A stretch of DNA of 64,000 nucleotides from Candidatus Woesearchaeota archaeon (GCA_016181305.1 JACOZN010000015.1:2205-66204); one strand, 5' to 3'; counted from the first letter of the stretch, positions 21,095 to 30,185 are shown. Notes: generated by a model not told the origin, from the sequence alone. Made by a program: numbers and translations.

Positions 21095-21423
21095 GAAAAG
21101 TTCACATAACGTACAATATTTCACGAGGTTTTTTCCCCACAAAATTTTCCCTCGTGAGCAAATTTCGGCAACCCATGAAATTTGCGATAGAGCTGGAAAA
21201 TTTTGAGAGATGGAAAAAACTTAGTAAAAATCGGGAAAATGCTTGGCATTTTAGCGTTAGCGACCGATTTTTCCGTGAAATATGTGTTATATTCGTTTTC
21301 CATACAAAGTGTGGGAAACCTGCGTCCGCAGACTTTTTTAGACACCGTAAATCTGAGAGGCACTGTAGTTTTTACAATAGATTTCTGCGAAGCAGAGTAG
21401 ATGTCCGTAGGACTGAGGGGGGC
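21095..21423. repeat. Left boundary element: seven conserved blocks plus hairpin inserts (inverted homolog of 29111-29296)
   Basis: Blocks at 21095-110, 21283-294, 21332-346, 21345-354, 21354-364, 21367-381 and 21415-423 match the right end in reverse complement and in the same order. Confidence 0.85.
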
Positions 21424-21455
21424 TGTTTTTGGTTCTTTTTCTGAAAAAGATGGAA

Positions 21456-22952
21456 TTACTTAAATTTAGATAAGAATTTCACAAAATAATATTTATCCCT
21501 TAAAAGCTTTTTTAATTCATTACGGTCAAAAATAATCATATCCTTTGGAGCATGAACCAATCTCTTATCTTTATTTGTTATTAGAATTTGACTTTTAACA
21601 TCAACATCAGGGAGGAATCTAATTTTTTCTTTAAGAGTCTCCTCAATCAGTTTTGTTTGATAAATGTCTTCTGATAACTTATCTTTATCTTTTTTGTATA
21701 TTAACTGGGTTTTCTTCCTAAAAAGTTTTAATTCGAGATGATATATTATTCCTTCATAATTTATCGTATAATCTGCAATACGATCTCGTATTTTCTTTTC
21801 TTTCTGAAACTCAATGTTATTTTCCTTAAATATGAACTGAAGATAATTTGAAAACACTATTTCATTCATATTATCTATGTCAGTCAGCCATGTTGACTCC
21901 TGATAGTTTTTTATTTCATCTTGTCTGATTTCCGGAAATAAAACTCTCAAGGCCCTTAAATCAGCTTCAATAAAACAAACCCCATCTTTAGATATAAATG
22001 TAGTAATGTTGTCGTTCTGATTTACATAAACTTTCTCATAATCTTTAAACAATTCAAAAGTATCTACATTAAGTAGTTTCTCATCAAATCCGATAAAAAT
22101 AATCCTATTGTTTTCAATAAGTTCTACTTTTCCGATAAATTCTTTACCATTAATTTTTTGCCTTTGGCTTTCATACTTCAATTTAAACCATAAACCTTGT
22201 TTTTCTGAGAATTCTGGGAAATCTGTCATGTTCTTATTTTGAAATCTTTTTTTCATTAGTTTGAAATACCTTGTCAGTTCTTGTTGTCCTGCTAATTTGA
22301 ATATTTGAATGTAGTGATTTGTTTTAATAATAAGTTTTGAGAATCTATCAAAATTTCTATTATCTGATGATGATGGATCAATTAACCTGCTCAATACCCC
22401 AATCTCGTTTATGGCTGCAATTCTTATATCAGCATTTCTGGAGTTTTTTTGGGTTCTGGCCCTATTAACCTCAGATTGTGGAATATTGTCAAAGCTCCCC
22501 TTAGATTCACAAACAATTGATTCTTCATTACTTGTCATTGCTTCAAAATCTGCACGTTTCCAAGGTCCTTTAAGTTTATTCATTGAATTTTCTTGCACAT
22601 TAAATAAACTACTTACAAGGCATCGGCTCAATCCTTCTCCAATTATTTCTGCCGCTTGACCTTTTTGTTCGCTATCCATATCAGATATTTCAAAACTTAA
22701 ATAAATTCCATTTGTAATTCGTTTGATATATGGTAAATAATCGTTGAACTTTGTTCTTCGAGAACTACTGATTTTACTCATTGGTTTTGATAGGTGCATT
22801 TGATATGCTAATTCAAATAGGTTTATCTGAACATCAAAAGGAATATTTTGTTGTTTATCTGAAAACAATCTAGTAAATATAATTGATGGAAATTGTTCTA
22901 GTCGTGCGCTCACTTGTTTATTTCTCCATCTTGTAAAAATATAATCAAGCAT
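21456..22952 (-). CDS. Putative nuclease with two PD-(D/E)xK domains
   Basis: RADF...IVCESKGS (N-terminal half) and IADY...YHLELK (C-terminal half). Confidence 0.6.
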   Translation of the reverse strand: MLDYIFTRWRNKQVSARLEQFPSIIFTRLFSDKQQNIPFDVQINLFELAYQMHLSKPMSKISSSRRTKFNDYLPYIKRITNGIYLSFEISDMDSEQKGQAAEIIGEGLSRCLVSSLFNVQENSMNKLKGPWKRADFEAMTSNEESIVCESKGSFDNIPQSEVNRARTQKNSRNADIRIAAINEIGVLSRLIDPSSSDNRNFDRFSKLIIKTNHYIQIFKLAGQQELTRYFKLMKKRFQNKNMTDFPEFSEKQGLWFKLKYESQRQKINGKEFIGKVELIENNRIIFIGFDEKLLNVDTFELFKDYEKVYVNQNDNITTFISKDGVCFIEADLRALRVLFPEIRQDEIKNYQESTWLTDIDNMNEIVFSNYLQFIFKENNIEFQKEKKIRDRIADYTINYEGIIYHLELKLFRKKTQLIYKKDKDKLSEDIYQTKLIEETLKEKIRFLPDVDVKSQILITNKDKRLVHAPKDMIIFDRNELKKLLRDKYYFVKFLSKFK

Positions 22953-23072
22953 TTATACACCCATTTAATCTGATTTTCTTTGCTATCTTTAATAACTTTA
23001 CTTAGTAAAAGTATCGTTAAATTTAAATAGAAGCACATTTAAGGTTATATATACATAAATGGGTTGGTGGTT

Positions 23073-23219
23073 ATGGCAAAACGAACAATATCGTTAAGTG
23101 TAGAAGAAGAAATCTATGATGAATATAGGAAATTCTGCGAGAAAAAAGGTATTATCTTATCAAAGCAATTTGAGAACTTTATGGCTGAGGAATTAGAGAA
23201 GAATAAATCAAGGTCTTAA
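23073..23219 (+). CDS. Small ribbon-helix-helix regulator (48 aa; not in the ORF track)
   Basis: Manual translation MAKRTISLSVEEEIYDEYRKFCEKKGIILSKQFENFMAEELEKNKSRS; stop lies 2 nt before the mod start. Confidence 0.75.
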   Translation: MAKRTISLSVEEEIYDEYRKFCEKKGIILSKQFENFMAEELEKNKSRS

Positions 23220-23221
23220 TA

Positions 23222-24934
23222 ATGGCAAAGAAAGATTATTCCAATTGGTCAAAAGAAGAACTGGTTAGGGAGTTAAAGAAAGTTGAAAAGAGAAAAAAAT
23301 ATGGAATGGTTTGGGAAGACAAGCCCGAAAAAGTAGCTGAATTATGCAAAGAAAAACTGCCTGTCTTGGAAGAGGACACAAAGAAAGAAATTAAAACAGA
23401 CGATAAAAAGCCAGTCAATATTCTGATAGAAGGCGACAATTATCATGCTCTTTCTGTTTTGAACTACACCAATAAAGGATTAATTGATGTTATCTATATT
23501 GATCCTCCATACAATACAGGAAAAAAGAAAGAATGGAAATATAACGACCATTATGTTGACAAAGAAGACTCATACAGACACAGTAAATGGTTAGATTTTA
23601 TGAGTAAAAGACTAAAATTGGCTAAGCCTTTACTTCGTAATAATGGCTTGATATTTATCTCCATCGATGATAACGAGATAGCACAATTAAAATTATTGTG
23701 CGATTGGATATTTGGAGAAAAAAACTTAGTTGCAAATTTTGTTTGGAGGACTGCTGGTAATTTTGATAATCAAGCAAAAGTGAAGATTTGTCATGAATAT
23801 ATTTTGTGTTATGCGAAGAATATAAAAAACATTAAAGCTCCAAAGATAATTGACCCAAATATTGATGTTCAAAGTAAATTATTCAAAGACGAAATAAGAA
23901 ATACTATAGTAAAAAACGGGCCAAAAAACCCTATAAGCGAGATTAGGTTACCACCAGGGATGCCTGCTTCTTTTAAGGAAGGTGTTATAAAGAAGAGAGA
24001 CACTGCGTGGCCCCATTATGATAAGGATGCTATCGTGAAAGATTACCAATTACAAAATGAAATTCTAATTAAGAGTGGGTGGAGTTCAAAAAATTTGTTC
24101 GAGACTTTCTTGAATACCAGTTTTTCTCCAGTAGTTGATATTAAAGGACAAGAATCGTTGTTTGAAATTAGCACAACTGGAGCAATAGAAGTTGTGAAAA
24201 AAAGAAGTGAGGATCAGAGTCATGTTTTATCTGTCCTAACTAACCTTGGAAACACCCAGTCAACTAGCCAATTTTTGAAGAAAATTGGTGTGAGCTTTAC
24301 ATATCCAAAGCCAGTAGAGTTGATAAAATATCTTATCAATATGAATACTTCTAAAAACCCAGTAGTATTAGATTTCTTTGCTGGCTCTGGGACAACAGGA
24401 CAATCTCTTCTTGAGATTAATAAAGAATTTAAAAAAAATGGGAGGTTCATTCTTTGTACCAACAATGAAGATAGTAATGGAGATGGAAACAAGATACTTA
24501 GTGATATTTGCTATCCTAGACTAAAAAAAGTAATACGAGGTGATAGCTTCATAGCAAAGTTAGGGGGAAACCTCAAATATTTTAAAACTGATTTCGTCGA
24601 TGCTGGGCCAACAGACGAGAATAAACGTAAGATGGTTGATAAATCTACGGAAATGCTCTGCCTAAAAGAAGATTGCTTTGAAGAAGTCATGCAGAGTAAA
24701 AAATTCGGAATTTTCAAAAATGTCCAAGAAAAATATTTAGGAATAATCTATGATGATGACGGCATTGAGCCATTCAAGAAAGAAGCTAAAAAGTTAAAAA
24801 AGCAGTTTGTTGTGTATGTGTTCTCTCTTGATGAAAGCGCAAGAGAAGACGAGTTCGAAGATGTCTATGATTTGGTTGAGTTAAGGCCAATTCCGGCAGT
24901 CATACTAAACGTTTACAAGAGGATATTCAAATGA
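23222..24934 (+). CDS. mod: Type III-like RM DNA methyltransferase (Mod)
   Basis: LIEGDN, IYIDPPYNTG (motif IV), YPKPVEL, VLDFFAGSGTT (motif I). Confidence 0.92.
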   Translation: MAKKDYSNWSKEELVRELKKVEKRKKYGMVWEDKPEKVAELCKEKLPVLEEDTKKEIKTDDKKPVNILIEGDNYHALSVLNYTNKGLIDVIYIDPPYNTGKKKEWKYNDHYVDKEDSYRHSKWLDFMSKRLKLAKPLLRNNGLIFISIDDNEIAQLKLLCDWIFGEKNLVANFVWRTAGNFDNQAKVKICHEYILCYAKNIKNIKAPKIIDPNIDVQSKLFKDEIRNTIVKNGPKNPISEIRLPPGMPASFKEGVIKKRDTAWPHYDKDAIVKDYQLQNEILIKSGWSSKNLFETFLNTSFSPVVDIKGQESLFEISTTGAIEVVKKRSEDQSHVLSVLTNLGNTQSTSQFLKKIGVSFTYPKPVELIKYLINMNTSKNPVVLDFFAGSGTTGQSLLEINKEFKKNGRFILCTNNEDSNGDGNKILSDICYPRLKKVIRGDSFIAKLGGNLKYFKTDFVDAGPTDENKRKMVDKSTEMLCLKEDCFEEVMQSKKFGIFKNVQEKYLGIIYDDDGIEPFKKEAKKLKKQFVVYVFSLDESAREDEFEDVYDLVELRPIPAVILNVYKRIFK

Positions 24935-27114
24935 TAGAGTTAAGAGACTATCAGAAAAAGGCAGTTGAAAGTCTTAAATCCAAAGTCCAGAATGTTCTGA
25001 ATACTCCGGACAATGAAGTCGTTATTTTCCAAGCACCGACAGGAAGTGGCAAGACGGTTATGGTTTCTGAAATGCTTAAACAATTAGTTAAGGAGAACCA
25101 TAAAAGATACTCTTTTGTCTGGGTTTCTGTCAGAATGTTGCACGAGCAAAGCAAGGAGAAATTAGAGAAATATTACGAAGATGACAGGTTAATCCAATGC
25201 TCCTATTTTGAAGATTTGGATGACAGACAGATTGGGGAAAATGAGATTTTATTTATAAATTGGCACAGCATTAACAAGAAAGACATTAATATTTATGTCA
25301 GGGAAAACGAGCAGGACAATAACTTAAACGCAATTATCCAAAATACAAAAGAAGAAGGCAGAGAAATAATCTTAATCATAGATGAAAGCCATCATACTGC
25401 GAGTTCTGAAAAGTCAAAAGAATTAATTGAGACAATCGGGCCAAAAGTGACTATTGAAGTTTCAGCTACTCCACACTTAAAAGAAAATGTTTCTGAGATT
25501 GAAAGAGTACACATCTCACAAGTCAAAGCTGAAGAAATGATAAAATCAGAAATAGCAGTAAATCCCGAATTTATGGATATAAAAATTGGCTCAAAAAGTT
25601 CAGACGAGTTAATCATAGAACAAACATTAAAGAAAAGAGTGGAATTAGCAAAGTTTTATGAAAAAGAAGGCTCAAACATAAATCCACTTGTTCTTGTTCA
25701 GCTTCCAGACCAAAAAGGCAATTTAATCAACAAAAAAGACGATGTTGTAAAAATACTCAAAGACAAGTTCAAGATAACAGAAGAAAACGGAAAACTGGCA
25801 GTATGGCTTTCAGAAGAAAAAACCGATAATCTGGCCAATATTGACAAAAACGACAATGAAGTGGAAGTTTTAGTTTTCAAACAGGCCATAGCTCTAGGCT
25901 GGGATTGTCCGAGAGCACAAATTCTTGTCATTTTCAGAGAATCAAAAAGTTTCACATTTACCATTCAAACAATAGGCAGAATAATGAGAATGCCAGAATT
26001 GAAATACTACAATGAAGAGGATTTGAATAAAGGTTATGTCTTTACAAACCTGCCGAATATTGAGATTACAGAAGATTACGCAAAAGACTATGTTACAATT
26101 TATGAAGCAAAAAGAGACAGCAAACTCTACAAAGAAATTTCTCTGCCGTCCATTTTCCTGAAAAGGCAAAGGGAAAGAACAAGATTATCCGGGAAATTCG
26201 GAGATATTTTTATGAAAGTGGCAGAAGAAATAAATCTCCAGAAGAAGATTACTACCAAGCCATCAAGAACAGTAAGCCCGATTATTGCTGATGGCAGAAT
26301 TGTAAACATTGACCAATTGGGAGAAATTGAAAGGAAAGGACAGATTGAAGTCCAACTCAATTTAACAGAATTGCAGCAGTTATTTGACAAGTTTATCGCC
26401 GACAACTGCACGCCATACGCACCAGCAGATTCAAGCGATAGAATGAAAACAGCAATTTACAACTTCTTCACACAAAAATACAAACTCAGAAAGTTTGATC
26501 CGCAAGCCCAAAGAATAGTCTTAGGAAAGGAAAACGTGCAGGCATTCGTAGATATCATTAACATAGCAAAAGAACGCTACAAAAAAGAAGTTGTAGAGAA
26601 AATAAATGAAAAGCGAGAGAAAAAAGAAATACCCAAATGGGAGGTTCCTGTTATCATCAGTTATAACAGCAGATATTCCAAAGAAGAGCATCCGACTTCG
26701 ATAATGAAGCCATTTTACACCAAGAAGCCAAGTGAGCCGGAAAGAAAGTTTATAGAATTGCTCAATAAATCAAAAAAGGTGAAATGGTGGTTCAAGAATG
26801 GTGAAACCGAGATAAAGTATTTCGCTGTTCCATATATTGACGAAAACGGCTTTGAGAGAGCGTTCTATGTTGATTTTATCGTGCAGTTTACAGATGGCTC
26901 TATCGGCCTGTTTGACACAAAAGGCGGAATGACTGCAAAAGATGCAGGGTCAAGAGCCGAAGGATTGCAGAAATATCTCAAGAAAAATAAAGATAAGAAA
27001 GTTTGGGGCGGAATTGCTATTTTTGTAAATGGAACATGGCGTTACAATGACAAAGAAACATATGAGTATAATCTTAATGACTTGTCGAGTTGGAAGATAT
27101 TAGATATTATATAG
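24931..27114 (+). CDS. res: Type III-like restriction subunit (SF2 helicase + C-terminal nuclease)
   Basis: QAPTGSGKT, IIDESHH, GWDCPRA, QTIGRIMR, FYVDFIV...FDTKG; ATGA overlap with mod. Confidence 0.88.
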   Translation: MIELRDYQKKAVESLKSKVQNVLNTPDNEVVIFQAPTGSGKTVMVSEMLKQLVKENHKRYSFVWVSVRMLHEQSKEKLEKYYEDDRLIQCSYFEDLDDRQIGENEILFINWHSINKKDINIYVRENEQDNNLNAIIQNTKEEGREIILIIDESHHTASSEKSKELIETIGPKVTIEVSATPHLKENVSEIERVHISQVKAEEMIKSEIAVNPEFMDIKIGSKSSDELIIEQTLKKRVELAKFYEKEGSNINPLVLVQLPDQKGNLINKKDDVVKILKDKFKITEENGKLAVWLSEEKTDNLANIDKNDNEVEVLVFKQAIALGWDCPRAQILVIFRESKSFTFTIQTIGRIMRMPELKYYNEEDLNKGYVFTNLPNIEITEDYAKDYVTIYEAKRDSKLYKEISLPSIFLKRQRERTRLSGKFGDIFMKVAEEINLQKKITTKPSRTVSPIIADGRIVNIDQLGEIERKGQIEVQLNLTELQQLFDKFIADNCTPYAPADSSDRMKTAIYNFFTQKYKLRKFDPQAQRIVLGKENVQAFVDIINIAKERYKKEVVEKINEKREKKEIPKWEVPVIISYNSRYSKEEHPTSIMKPFYTKKPSEPERKFIELLNKSKKVKWWFKNGETEIKYFAVPYIDENGFERAFYVDFIVQFTDGSIGLFDTKGGMTAKDAGSRAEGLQKYLKKNKDKKVWGGIAIFVNGTWRYNDKETYEYNLNDLSSWKILDII

Positions 27115-27132
27115 CTAAGTAATTCGTATGGG

Positions 27133-28158
27133 GTGGTTCAGATGTCATCAAAAGAAATAATGAAAAAAATCACTGATTTTATGCCAGAGTTTAAGAACAG
27201 AATAGATGAAATCTCGATAGAAGATATAGAACCTAACCCTTTTAACCCCAGAAAGAAGTTTAGTCAAGAAAAAGAGGATGAACTTATAGAATCTATTGCC
27301 CAGATGAAAATTGTACTTCAGCCAATTATAGTTTATGAAAAAATCCGTAAACAAGAGAAGAAATACATAATTCTTGACGGACAAAGAAGGTATCAAGCGT
27401 GTAAGAAACTCGGAATTGATAAAATTCCTGCCCATATTCTGGTAAAGGAACCAACTTATGTTGAAAATTTATCAATTATGTTCCACATCCATAATGTTCA
27501 TGAAGATTGGACCGATTTAGCTATTTCTACCACAATACCAGAGTTATGTCGAGAATTGGAAATTGATCCTCAACATCCAACTAAAGAAGGTATGCAGAAT
27601 ATTAAAAAATTAACCTCGCTATCAATGTATAAGCTTAAGAAATACTTTGATGTCTTAACTTATTCTGATGAAATTATTAAAGAATTCAGAGAAGCAGAGT
27701 TAAAAGAAAAACCAGATTTAGATGTGGATATTTTATCTGAATTAAAAAGCCCCTTGAAAAAAATTAGGGCACTTATGTCATCTTCTATGAAAATAGAGTA
27801 TTCAAAAGAGAAAATTGTTAAGATTATTGTTGAAAAAAAGAAAAACAAAGTAATTACAACAAACAAACAAATAAGAAAATTATCAAAAATTGCTATGAAT
27901 GTAAACAGGGGGAAAGTCAATAAACAAGTTGCAATTGAGAGAATTAAAGATTTTCTCGACAACAAAGAAGTTACAATTGATGATATCTATTCAGACACAT
28001 CTGAGGCAATTGAACAAGCAAAAGGTATAATCAAGAATTCTGAAAAATTACGGAAGGAAATAGATAACATTGATTTAAGGAAATTGCCCAATGAAGATAA
28101 GAAGAGTCTAAGTACCGAACTAAAAAATCTTAATGAGTCTATTAAAAGAAAGTTTTAG
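27133..28158 (+). CDS. ParB/Srx N-terminal domain protein
   Basis: IEPNPFNPRKKF, LQPIIV, ILDGQRRYQAC. Confidence 0.8.
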   Translation: MVQMSSKEIMKKITDFMPEFKNRIDEISIEDIEPNPFNPRKKFSQEKEDELIESIAQMKIVLQPIIVYEKIRKQEKKYIILDGQRRYQACKKLGIDKIPAHILVKEPTYVENLSIMFHIHNVHEDWTDLAISTTIPELCRELEIDPQHPTKEGMQNIKKLTSLSMYKLKKYFDVLTYSDEIIKEFREAELKEKPDLDVDILSELKSPLKKIRALMSSSMKIEYSKEKIVKIIVEKKKNKVITTNKQIRKLSKIAMNVNRGKVNKQVAIERIKDFLDNKEVTIDDIYSDTSEAIEQAKGIIKNSEKLRKEIDNIDLRKLPNEDKKSLSTELKNLNESIKRKF

Positions 28159-29106
28159 GTGTGGAAAATGGATGAGAAAGAGATTCTTAAAAAATTGTCT
28201 CATCATTTAACAAGAGAAGGTTATCCTCATATATCAATTAATCCGTTTTTGAAAACTCTTGGCTGGTCTTTTGATCTCTATGCCGAAAGTAAGAATAATG
28301 CAGTTGCTATTGAATACAGAAAAAATGATAACGTTCCAAAAATATTTTTTGATAGAGTAGCTAGCATCAAAGGGCAAAAGAGGATTCTAAAAATATATCT
28401 GCTATTTGAGAAAACTCCAAAAGCATCAGCATTTAAGTCTCTGAAAGAGGCTGGAATTGGAATTATTATATTTCAAAAACAGAGGTTTTATATCTTTTTA
28501 GAATCAAAAGACTTTTCCAAGAGACCAATTTCTAAATCAAAAGCAAAGAAAAGCATCAAGAAGATTAAGTCAATGCCTCAAATATGGGTCTACCCATGCT
28601 CGAAACAGTATGAATCTGACGAAAAAACATTATGTAAGGAGAGAGACAAAATCTGTAAAATTGTACGGAGATATCAAAGAAAGCAAATACCAATCGGCTA
28701 TAAGTTAGTGGAAAATGACAAGAAAGATGATAAATATTTTAAAAAGCAAATTATTCGTAATTTGAGAGAAAGTCATATCTTCATTGCTGCAATTAATGAA
28801 AGATATAGTGAATATATTGATTTTGAAATAAGCAACGTGTTTGATATTATTAAGGATAAGATGCTGATTCTTATAATGAAAAAAGATATGTCAGAAAATG
28901 ATATAGAAGAAAAAGAACTGGATACAGAACAAAGAAATATTAAGAGAGCCAAACAAATAAAATTGATAAAATTTGCACAGGATAAAACAAAAACTATCTC
29001 TTATTCAGGATTAAGAGAATTTGAAGAGAAAGTAGATACGTTTTTGGTAAAAATGATTGTTCGATTACATGAAAAAAATAAAGTTAAATCCCCTTTCTCA
29101 TACTAG
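28159..29106 (+). CDS. Restriction-endonuclease-like domain fused to a TIR-like domain
   Basis: SFDLYA...AVAIEYRK; C-terminal half IIRNLRESHIFIAAINERYSEYIDFEI resembles the TIR core with a Glu at the catalytic position. Confidence 0.5.
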   Translation: MWKMDEKEILKKLSHHLTREGYPHISINPFLKTLGWSFDLYAESKNNAVAIEYRKNDNVPKIFFDRVASIKGQKRILKIYLLFEKTPKASAFKSLKEAGIGIIIFQKQRFYIFLESKDFSKRPISKSKAKKSIKKIKSMPQIWVYPCSKQYESDEKTLCKERDKICKIVRRYQRKQIPIGYKLVENDKKDDKYFKKQIIRNLRESHIFIAAINERYSEYIDFEISNVFDIIKDKMLILIMKKDMSENDIEEKELDTEQRNIKRAKQIKLIKFAQDKTKTISYSGLREFEEKVDTFLVKMIVRLHEKNKVKSPFSY

Positions 29107-29110
29107 TTAT

Positions 29111-29296
29111 GCCCCCCTCTATCTAATGTAAAAACTTAGGAGAACGTAGTGAACTGTATAATCTCTCGTTATGCGAATCTCTTTGAGTTTGCATTTTTAA
29201 GATTATACGAAAGTGCCTCTCAATAAAGATTTACGGCGTAAGCCTCTCTATAGGTGTCTAAAAAAGTGAATATAACACAGTTATGGCGAACTTTTC
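29111..29296. repeat. Right boundary element (inverted homolog of 21095-21423)
   Basis: GCCCCCCTC 29111-119, TCTAATGTAAAAACT 29122-136, AGTGCCTCTCA 29212-222, AGATTTACGG 29227-236, GGTGTCTAAAAAAGT 29253-267, GAATATAACACA 29268-279, GTTATGGCGAACTTTTC 29280-296. Confidence 0.85.
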
Positions 29297-29330
29297 TATA
29301 TATTTTCATATGCAGAAACCCACCGCAACA

Positions 29331-29338
29331 TTTTTAAA
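29331..29338 (+). promoter_or_regulatory. TATA box of the 5S rRNA gene
   Basis: TTTTTAAA located 23 nt before the 5S 5' end. Confidence 0.55.
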
Positions 29339-29361
29339 GCGCCTTTTCTTCCTCTTTGCCT

Positions 29362-29501
29362 TGGACGGCCATAGGGGCTTGGTTCACCCGATCCCATCCC
29401 GAACTCGGATTAGGTTAAGGAGTTGGCCTACGAGAGAGTTAAGCAAGCCTCCGTTTCCAGTCGTACTGTACTTACGTACGGGAGCCTGGAAAAGCTGTCC
29501 A
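29362..29501 (+). rRNA. rrf: 5S rRNA gene containing a 27-nt insert (29410-29436)
   Basis: Helix I TGGACGGC/GCTGTCCA, GGCCATAG, ACCCGATCCCATCCCGAACTCGGA, AGTTAAG, helix II GGGGCTTG/CAAGCCTC, helix V TTTCCAG/CTGGAAA. Confidence 0.95.
29410..29436 (+). other. Putative bulge-helix-bulge mini-intron in 5S rRNA
   Basis: Inner 8-bp hairpin TAGGTTAA/TTGGCCTA, bulge GA^T, 4-bp central helix CTCG/CGAG, bulge AG^A; joining the exons gives CTCGGA-AGTTAAG. Confidence 0.75.
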
Positions 29502-29507
29502 CCTTTA

Positions 29508-30185
29508 TTATTCGAATGGGATCATCAACTCCATCTTTATTTTTTTAAATTCTTCAACATTTCTAGAATTAGCCCCATACGATTTAACCATCAAATCCAG
29601 TTTTCTTGCTTTTTTTGGATGTTTAAAATATATTTCCTCTTTAAATTTTATTATATTCTCTTTTCCTGTAATACTCAACACATAAGAATTATCTTTTATG
29701 CTATTTGGCTTAGTCCTAATTATCTTGTTAGAGTTTATGTCAAAGTCAAGAAGCATTAGTTTAACTTCTTCCAATAACTTTAGTGAATTTGAGGTTAATG
29801 TTATGTTCCTTTTCCACTCATTGCCCTTAAAAAATAATCTCAAGGCCGCGCAACCTTCATCATCATACAAAGCTCTCAAATATTCTTTTTGAACCTGTTT
29901 ATCAGCACTTTTTATGGAATTTGGTATATACAATACATCACTTCTGAAATCAGGAAGATGCTCCAAGAATTTATGTATTATCCTATTTCCATGTATTTGT
30001 AAAAATTTAACCCCAGAATTATTTTTTCCATGACTAAACTTTATATCACCAAATTCCGTAATAATATCATTTTTAAATTCTTCAAGCAAAACTTCACAGG
30101 TATTGCTGTAACGTATATATCTATAATATAAATTACCATCACCACTTATTTTAGCCAAGCATCTTGCGAAATTCTTTGAAATCAT
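29508..30185 (-). CDS. Two-motif LAGLIDADG homing endonuclease
   Basis: [11 protein letters not shown] and [10 protein letters not shown] helices; AT-rich; the stop abuts the 5S 3' end. Confidence 0.85.
   Translation of the reverse strand: MISKNFARCLAKISGDGNLYYRYIRYSNTCEVLLEEFKNDIITEFGDIKFSHGKNNSGVKFLQIHGNRIIHKFLEHLPDFRSDVLYIPNSIKSADKQVQKEYLRALYDDEGCAALRLFFKGNEWKRNITLTSNSLKLLEEVKLMLLDFDINSNKIIRTKPNSIKDNSYVLSITGKENIIKFKEEIYFKHPKKARKLDLMVKSYGANSRNVEEFKKIKMELMIPFE

Larger units (their letters stand above)
21095..29296. mobile_element. AT-rich defence island bounded by block-conserved inverted ends; no integrase or transposase inside
   Basis: Visibly more AT-rich than the flanks; RM and nuclease cargo; inverted termini GAAAAGTTCACATAAC (21095-21110) and GTTATGGCGAACTTTTC (29280-29296). 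Confidence 0.75.

Noticed and set aside
21154-21444. Short ORFs (65, 80 and 96 aa) across the left island boundary
   Set aside because: They have no motifs, and the homologous right end keeps the DNA blocks with frame-breaking inserts, so the conservation is not protein-coding.
21090-29300. IS630/mariner-type TA target duplication at the island ends
   Set aside because: The flanks are TTAG and TATA, one base out of register for a clean TA duplication, and there is no transposase.
29283-29759. 158-aa ORF on the + strand
   Set aside because: It overlaps the 5S rRNA gene and the antisense of the LAGLIDADG gene, so it is spurious.
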